A DNA stretch of 54,825 nt, counting the filler, from Sphacelaria rigidula (taxonomy: Eukaryota): NCBI GenBank assembly GCA_964200075.2. It is 5 parts of 5 records of this genome, joined end to end, with 100 filler letters (N's around TTAATTAATTAA, not from the genome) between each part and the next. Parts side by side here need not be neighbours in the genome. Positions count along the whole stretch, not along the records: positions 43,941 to 54,825 come from CAXNAA020005739.1; 4 more parts are not named here. One strand, 5' to 3'. Below the pieces are notes generated by a model, which made no database searches, had not been told where the DNA came from, and saw nothing but the letters and a program-made list of their open reading frames with translations. Shown piece after piece: positions 46,552-54,825 of the stretch (its first letter is position 1; each line of letters begins with the position of its first letter). Made by a program: the position numbers and the translations under genes.

Positions 46552-49500
46552 TAGCTTGTTACCTTAAGCTGTACGGTTTTCTCTTTCGTCGGCTGCTGTG
46601 CACGCATCACACAAGCTTTCGTTCGTTTGTTTTTTCAAGTGCTGTATTTTCGGTCTTTGATTTTCACTTGATTTTGTTGAAACTGTTCATCGAGTGATCA
46701 GCTGATTGTTTTTCAACAGGCAGCTGCCTTCCTTTCTACTTCGAGTTGACAAACCCTCCGACTCGGGCCTAGATTCAGGTCTTCGATGTGTCATACAGTA
46801 CCCACGTTGGTTACAGGCAATGGCGACCAAACCACAAGGCGCTCCAGGTATGAGCGCACACGCAAGCCCTCTTTTGCTACACAACCAACCACCTCCCGAA
46901 CACCCCGCGACCGCCCCTGCTCACAGTCCGTCGATCCGGTATCAACCGAATCGACCGACATGTGTCCCAACACACGCCGATTCATGCTTGCGAGTAAGGC
47001 GTCGCGAACGCGAACTATTTCAATCGCCGCCCGCTGCGCAGACGATTATTCTTTTCTCAAACACGGAACGTTGAGCCACCATGCGCACCGAATTATGTCG
47101 ATGCGACATGATTAACCAGGACTGAGGATGCTGTCTGTGCACGCAAGGTACACGAGCATGATTGAACACGGCGAGGCGCGAGGCTTACGTTACTTGTACA
47201 AAGCTTTCGACTCTGTACTCTTTTCACTTTCACACGGCACCAGGGTACACTACAGTTTGATTGCCGCCTCATCAACACAATCACTGCAGTACGTGCCAAC
47301 CGCCCAAAATGCGGCATACCTGCTGCGTTGAAATATTGTTCCGAATTGAGGCACTGACCACAATACAGTGCCCAAGTGGTCTCGGCAGGCAATATGTCTG
47401 CGGACGGTGAGACTCGCTACACCACGCGAAGATCATATGTACTGTACTGTGCCACTCATCATTCTGCTGTCTGGTGCTTTGTAATTTGCTGTTCACACTG
47501 CACTACCAGTTAGTTGTAGTACGGTTGTGCGTGTCCATCTTTTGATTGTCTACCTATACGAGGTACGTCACCAAGACCCCAACTCGGCTATGTTCAGCGA
47601 ATTAGGCGGCGCTGTTATGAGTATCGACAGCTGCGCTGATATTATTTTGAGATACGGCATAGTACACCCTTTTTTTTTCTCAGCCTCAACATGCTCTCAA
47701 AATAGAACTGAGCGGTTTGACGTTGCTGTTCGCTGCATCTCACACATCTATTCCTTCGTGGCAGGCAGGTCTGTTTAATGCGCTGTTGCGCTGGTGACAG
47801 CCACTGTATGTCTGTTGATTGTGACAACCTTCGTTTTCTTGTCTCTTGCTGTTACAATTTATTCCAACACACACACATACGGTTTGTTGTGTGCCTTCGA
47901 CATATTTTTTTCCCTGTCGTCTGCGCCTGATTGAAAAGGTGGTAGACCTCATGCATATGCGTAGTGCGCGGAACTACAGGTCAATCGACTGTCGACAGTA
48001 CCCTGCGACTCTATTCCCTATTATTTTGTTCACTCCGCCTCAGTCCTCAACAACTATGCTGTCTCCAACGACGAACCGTTCACTTTTCAACCCCCGCATC
48101 TCTACGTCAACGATCTGGCGCAATTGCGCAGGTATACAAGCCATGTCTGATATCAACCACCCTTCGACTTCATCGTAGCACGATGTCACGAAGGACGGAT
48201 CGCTCCGTACAGACAACGGTGAACAACCGTACAAACCGACCACGCGTTGTGAGACGAGTGACAAAAACGAACCAGAACGTTGTGACGTTGCTGATAGCGT
48301 CGTTGCAGGACGTATTTTCAGGGAAGTGAGTGTGGATGAAGACAATCCTCCTCCACATGCTCACCCTAACCCCGTTGGTGCCCACTCCTCTGTACACAGA
48401 GTAGCCACTCGAAGCGCTGATGGTGTTCCCACTCTTCTTTCTCAGATGGCATCACTCCACTTGAGCCCTGCTGCTACGAAAATCTTCCCTGACGATGACT
48501 TTCGCACCCAAACCGGTGCTGAACCCTCTGATCGCCCCACTCTGGCTTTTGATACGTCGCCCAAATTGGAACAATACCTGCCCACGCATGACGAAACACA
48601 CGACCGGCTTCGGTAAAAGCGTCTAGCCTGCATTCCCACGCGCCATTGGTACAACGTTTCAGAGGCGGAACAAACAGCGTACTGGAATCAGATCCGCAGC
48701 AACGGTCTAGCACACATTGAACTTGAGCACAGAGAGTTGGAGTTTGCCCGCCTACAGGTATCAAGTGTCCAGGAGCCCGATCAGGCCTCCCGTAACTTAG
48801 ATGTCCACCCCGAGGAGAAGCCAACGGAACAGAATGAACTAGAACGCGCGATACGCGAATCCACGAAGGCTCTGGAAATTGCGGAGAAAGAATATAAGCT
48901 GCTGACAAAAAGACACTAGGAAGCTTCGCGTCATTTTGGATTATGTTGGCAAGTCTGGCAATCACAACTACGTTCGTACGGTCGCCTGCTCCGCCTCAGA
49001 AGCGACAACTGATTCACCGCCTGACCCACCTGACCTGGCACACTTTCAACCACATGCACCGGCCCATTCACAAAACGGTAGACGTTCACACATGAGTGGA
49101 CCTAGTGCCGCGGCTGAACCCCGCCAGGGCGGTACCCACACAGCACTGATGCTCACCTCACAACTTGACAACGTTTTGGGAACGTTCTACAAGTTCCGGG
49201 AATTTCCAAATAGCATACAGTGGGGTAACCCAGGACGCGTTGTTCAGCCCAAACCCTAAGCGCCGCCACCTGCCTGTTTATTTTCTACTTCTGGAATTAA
49301 TCCCTCATGAGCTGGTACAATCCCACAATTAGAAATAAACATGACCGGTAATTCAGTGCAGAAGTATCCAACAATTTCATGTCAACAATTGTTTTCGCTC
49401 GGCCAGGTCACACACATCACACGCACGAATCAGCGGTGGCCACCGCGGGTTCAACCATGTGGTGTGGGTTCCCTGGATATGCTAACACTGCCTTGAAGGG

Positions 49501-50605
49501 TTCCAAGACAGTCGAAGCCCGTGCACCGTTGCATGGCTATCAATTGAGCAGTGATCAAAACCAACGTTTGAATCCTGAATTTGATCCCCCAGTTTTACTT
49601 TCACTAGGTACTAATTATATTCAATCGAGTCCCCTCCCTTCGAAATAGAGGAAGTCATGTCGTGCAGTTTCTCACGTATCAGGAGCCGAAATATCTTCTG
49701 GTACGGTAGACACTGCTGCCTCGACTGTTCATCGGAGAACACAAAACTCAAAGCCACGCACTCAAGCACCCCCAAACTGCTCAAGTACCCGGCTAACCAC
49801 CCTACCGAGTTCCGCAAAAACTACGGTACCTGGCTCCTTTTCATTCGATGAGCGTCGCTATTCCTTGAAGGGTCGCAACCGCGAAGAACCCATGCTTTCC
49901 GTCGCTCAGCGGGTTGGAATGGGACCCTAAGTGACAGCGACTCAGGTGGTGCGCCAAGAGCGTGACCTAGGTTCGACTGTCCGAGAACTCATTTCAATAA
50001 CTCCTGGGCTCAGACAGATGAAAACCTTACAGTGGAACAGGCCGGTACCCCCCAGATTCTGAACAGATCGTTACTGCTCCCTGACCACCCCTCGTGCACT
50101 GCGTTAGAACTCATTTCTGATGAAGCGTTGCCGTGTGTAGGGACAGAGACTTCGCCGACTCATGGACGTTCGCATCCTAGTCATGAAGGCACCCCAATCG
50201 TGTGTTCGTCACCAGGCAACCAAAGTGTTACGCAAGACGACTCGTCTCCTAACTCGCCCACGTTGGCCCCTCTCACCGACGCCGGGTTGAACAGTACAGC
50301 TTTCCCAACCCCGCGTCCTGACGAATCGTCTCCAAAACCTCCCATGTTGGCCCTAACTAGTGATGGTATTGAGTTGATTGGCGTATCAAACTCAACACCG
50401 CGCCCCGATGAATCGTCCCCCGTTCCGACCAAGCTGGATAATGTAATTGATCCCGCTTTGTACAAAGACGATTCGCCCCCTCTGTTGGCCAATAAGGGTG
50501 AAACACGACGCACAGATCAGTTGTCGGGTCCAACCACAACAACTGCCCTTCCCCGACATCGCCCCTCCGTTGCAGTATATGAGATTCAACCCTCGACTTA
50601 TGAGA

Positions 50606-50737
50606 CAAATATTCCAGGCACAAACACTGACACTCCATGCACGCACCATCCCTCCGACCAAAAGCTTGTCCCAAATATTCCAGGCACAAACACTGACACT
50701 CCATGCACGCACCATCCCTCCGACCAAAAGCTTGTCC
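50606..50737. repeat. Perfect 66-bp tandem duplication
   Basis: CAAATATTCCAGGCACAAACACTGACAC...AAAAGCTTGTCC at 50606 and 50672. Confidence 0.95.
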
Positions 50738-50910
50738 CACAGGATCATCAACGGGTGTATTTTTAGCACCTTCGTTCAAAACGCAAAGCAGGATGTGTCA
50801 GATGTCTTACCCGAATTGGGGCCCGATCTCGTCAGTGTACTGTAACCCTGGATTATGCTTCTTTTACGGCCAAGATAGGTTTACATAGTGGAGCGCGTGC
50901 AAACTGTCAT

Positions 50911-53900
50911 TTGATAGCTCTTGCACTACCAGACTCTGGTGCGCCTCAAACGTTCATTACAGCCAGTTGCTGGCAACAGATGATCAGCGCGAACGCGGCG
51001 GACGAGCATTGTCTGTCCACCGTGCACCCTCGTGTTTTTGGTGGGTTTGGTTCCTCCACGTGTCTTACGGCCAACCAATCGGTGAGACTAAGTGTACAAT
51101 TCTACCAGGATACTACTCCCACTGCTCGGTTGTCCGTATGGGCACTAGTTGTGCCCGACGGTTCCATGTCTTTTGATGTTTTGTTGGGTCGAGAGAGTTG
51201 GCTTCTTTTTCCCACACACACGTATACGACGGACACACCTGTCCCCAACCGTCCAGTCACAGGCAAACTGTCAGTGGGTCACTTCGACACTGATTCGGGA
51301 GCGCATGATTATGAGGATGACCCCACGAAAACAGGTAATGCTTTCCGTCTGTACCATGTTGGTGAACCGGTAATCTCGCTTTCTCGTGAACCCCAACTAA
51401 TCCAAGTGAACCTCGTGAGACGCAATGGATCGCCCGCCCTCACCGGACATTATTTGGTCGAATTGCTCAAACCTGACCAAGTACGGGTTGGTCCGTTTGA
51501 ACAGACCGAAGTCTTTGTCCACGAAGATAGGCAGGCCATTTACCTCACGTGCCCTGCATGTTTCGATATACTCAACGGTCATTTATTGGGTTATGCTCAA
51601 GCGCCTCTCATACGAACCGCTCTGTCAGATGTGTATCCCCCCGGCGAACAACAACTCGCCGACCGACCCCCCGAAATCCACGGGCCCCCCTCCGCTACAC
51701 ATGCCTGACCCCATGGTGGTGACAAATCCACCGGATGCACCTGACTCTCAACCCCCAACTGCATTACTGGATAGATTTTCTTCAAAACAACGCGCCAGTT
51801 TTCAAAAGTTGTTGGATGATATTCCCCCTCACTTACGGCATATGCTTTTGATCTATCTGGTGATGGTTGGACACCCACTGTAATCGATAGATTGAGATCC
51901 ATCTTGATTAGAGACTCTGAACGGTTTTCTACTGCACCCTTGGATTTAGGTCGATGTACCACGACACCGTTTAAGATCAAGATTCCTGATGGCACTCCGC
52001 CTATCGCTAAACGTCCGTACCGTACGAACCCTCTCTTCGCGGATAAGATCCAGGTTATTCTCGATGGTTACTCATCCGCCGGTTTAATTCAGCATCCGAC
52101 GTCTCCGTGGGCCTCGCCTTTAGTAGTCGTCCGTAAGAAGAACGGCAAAATCAGACTGACGGTCAATTATCAACGATTGAACGCTGTCACCAAAATCGCC
52201 CGGCTGCAACTTCCACGGATTGATGAAATTATTGACTCTCTTGGCGGGGGTAAAGTATTTTCGAACTTTGACATGCAGTCCGGCTACCACCAGCTCGTGA
52301 TGAATCCAAATTCCATTGAACTGACAGCGTTTTGCACACCATCAGGTTTGTATGAGTGGCTGGTTACACCACAAAATGCCGCCGGAGCTCCAGGTGCGTT
52401 TCAACGTGTGATGTTCCGTGTAACTGATGGATTGCCCACATGCCATATGTACCGTGATGATGCCGTGTGCCACGACTCCATATCGGCTGGACACGTCGAA
52501 CAGTTGGCATGATTCTTCAATCGGTTTGAACAACACAACTTGAAACTCGCACCCTCCAAATCCCGCATTAGCGCCACCAAGATTGAGTTCTTGGGTCATT
52601 GCATCACCCCCGAAGGTCATAGCCCAAACCTCGACGAGATCGCCGCACTCTCCGATATGCCCATGCCACGGGACATTTCTCAATTGCGTTCCTTGTTGGG
52701 AGGTCTAAGCTACTACAGACAGTACTTGCCAAACCTTGCCCAAAAGCTAAAACCCCTCACCACCCTCCTCAAAAAAGGGGTGAAATTTGTGTTCACGTTG
52801 AAAATGGAAAAACCGTCCGCCGTCTTGTCGACATCCTTTCGCGCCCGCCGATTCTCGTCTTCCCCGACTGGTCGGCCGCGGAGCAGGATTCCCGCCCTTT
52901 CCGGCTCCACACAGATTTTTCCAAAATTGGTTTTGGCTGCACATTAGAACAGGAGCAAGTCGATGCTACTGTTCGTCCCATTGTCTATCTGAGTCGCACC
53001 ACTTTTCCGACTGAACAGAATTGGTCTGTCATGGAACAAGAGGCCGGCGCAGTTGCTTGGGGCGTGCGACGTCTGCGTCAGTATTTGTATGACATCACGT
53101 TTGTGATTTGTACCGACCATAAGTCTTTGGAAAGCCTTGCCAAAATGGCGGAACAGAACGCTAGGGTCCAACGCTGGTTCGAAATCCTGTCGCCCTACAA
53201 CTTTCAACTGAAGTACCGCACAGGTCCCCAGAATGCAAACGCCAACTTTCTGTCACGCTTGCCCACATCAGCTCGACCTATCGATGAATCCCCCATGGGA
53301 CGTATCACCGATCCCACCGAAGACATTGTATATTTCATAAGCAGGAATGGATATAGAGGACCCTACACACCACTTTCACTGAGAGAAACGCCGGCTTTAG
53401 GCATGGGTGGGCTGACGACCACAGCCCAAGCATCGGTTCTAGGCAGCTTGCAACCTCAATCGTTGTACTCAGTTTGGCATGGACTGTCTACGAATACTGT
53501 TGGCTATCATTATTTTCGTGCAACTGGCCAGCGCATGGTTTTCGCACCAGGTGTAGAACCGTCCTTTGCTGACTCCGTCTTACCAGTTCAAGTTCGAAAT
53601 TTGGTTTCGAGTAGGACTCGTGGACGGCGGACCGCCGAAACGGCCACCAAATTAGCCGTATCTGGTCCTGACCTTCCCCTCCCTGCTCCCACCCCGGTCC
53701 CCGATAGTTTCCTTGCGTCCCTGCAGCCTCCACGACGCAAGGACCCCCGAAAATCGACCCCGACCGTGCCGCCCCTGCCAACCATAGCCGAAACCACGAC
53801 TACGCCCCCTTTCCTTGGTGATAATATTGCAAACACCACCACAACACCGTCCACGCTAATCGACGCAGGAATAGACGTTAACGTTCCGTCTGAGAGTACA

Positions 53901-54825
53901 CCAACTGGTAGGCTCACCCTTGATTCCGAAATCACCGCTTCGTGCAAACCCCGCCCCGAACCGACCCATCAAGAAGTAGACGCTTCAACAGATGGTGTAT
54001 TCAAGGAACGTTTGACTCTCTTCTCCCACGCCGATTGGGCCCGGGAACAACAGGCAACACCTGCTTGTAAATCAGCTATCCATTATCCATCTAAAGGTTG
54101 TCCATGTCCATTCTCAGAAACCGAATTACTTTTGCCAGTCGGGAATCTCAAAGCGCCCACACAGGATGGAGTGACTGAACTTTTAAGGAAAGGGATGCTA
54201 CATACGGATGATGATGGTATATTTCTGTTGGTCCGCCGGCCCACAGCAGCTCTCCCCAGGGGGAAGCCTACAAGTCGACATGCCCGCTTGCTAGGTGATG
54301 AACCCATCCGCATCTACGTCCCGATGCTCCTGCGCCCATGGGTTCTACACGAATGCCATTCACAGGCATCGATTCATTCAGGCGCCGTTAGGACCTCCCA
54401 GATGTTGGAACGTTTTTATTGGTGGATTTGTATGGATCAGTGTTGTCGTTGGTGGGTGAGGCGTTGTCTTTTGTGTCAGGCGCGAAAACCTTCTCGTCAA
54501 ACAGTTCGTTGTCCGATTGTTTCCATGCCACTCCCAAACGGGCCTGGTGAAGTAGTTTCGTGGGACTATTTTGGTCCTTTGCCCCTGACGGATAGTGGAA
54601 ATATGTATATTTTCTTGTCTACGGATAGATTTAGTCGACATGCGGTGATGCACGCCGTCCTCCCCAGTAATTATACCGCGGAAGGTACCGCCAACATTCT
54701 TGTCTACATGTACATCCCACTGTGGGGTGTGCCCAAACGCTTACTGTCTGACAACGGCCCGCATTTTTCAGGCAAACTTTCAGCCGCCGTCAGTGACCTT
54801 TTGGGTGCCCATCGCATTTGTACTA
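50911..54825 (+). pseudogene. pol: Gypsy pol pseudogene (protease, RT, RNase H, integrase)
   Basis: PR: ALPDSGAPQTFI...FDVLLGRESW. RT: SPWASPLVVVRKKNGKIRLTVNYQRLN...FDMQSGYHQ...MYRDD, with an in-frame TGA at 52510. RH: FRLHTDFS...EQEAGAV...TDHKSL. IN: HECH..H...CLLCQ, VSWDYFGPLP, LSDNGPHF. Frameshifts present. Confidence 0.95.

Larger units (their letters stand above)
45792..54825 (+). mobile_element. Ty3/Gypsy LTR retrotransposon, inactivated, 3' end outside the window
   Basis: LTR and PBS, long leader, decayed gag-like region (~48300-50800), then PR-RT-RNaseH-IN order. Confidence 0.9.

Noticed and set aside
46026-46718. Alternative LTR bounded by TGTTG...CAACA
   Set aside because: No matching TSD and no PBS after 46718. 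The PBS at 46535 supports an LTR end at 46531 instead.

Overview
Eukaryotic, intron-rich and transposon-rich DNA. Gene structure and repeat types point to a brown alga or related stramenopile (inference). The window is not one locus: it is five segments of exactly 10,885 bp joined by four identical 100-nt spacers (44 N + TTAATTAATTAA + 44 N), so no adjacency across spacers can be assumed. Segment 1 (1-10885) is nested transposon debris, including a decayed Ty3/Gypsy fragment whose protease and RT run into a C5 cytosine DNA-methyltransferase-like domain. Segment 2 (10986-21870) holds eight exons of a nucleostemin/GNL3 (Nug1-like) GTPase gene on the minus strand, with one probable GC-AG intron. 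Segment 3 (21971-32855) is degenerate TE sequence (probable Crypton tyrosine-recombinase relic, MITEs, a tRNA-derived SINE). Segment 4 (32956-43840) holds an NLR-like gene: helical N-terminal domain, NB-ARC, then at least eight near-identical ~422-bp cassettes. Each cassette is a phase-0 126-bp TPR exon plus a conserved intron containing a long hairpin, and the cassettes show mosaic, largely amino-acid-changing variation. Segment 5 (43941-54825) is an inactivated Ty3/Gypsy LTR retrotransposon (LTR, PBS, PR-RT-RH-IN). The most promising leads are the shuffling TPR exon/hairpin-intron array and the DNMT-carrying Gypsy relic. All protein-family calls were made by eye from motifs; no searches were run.
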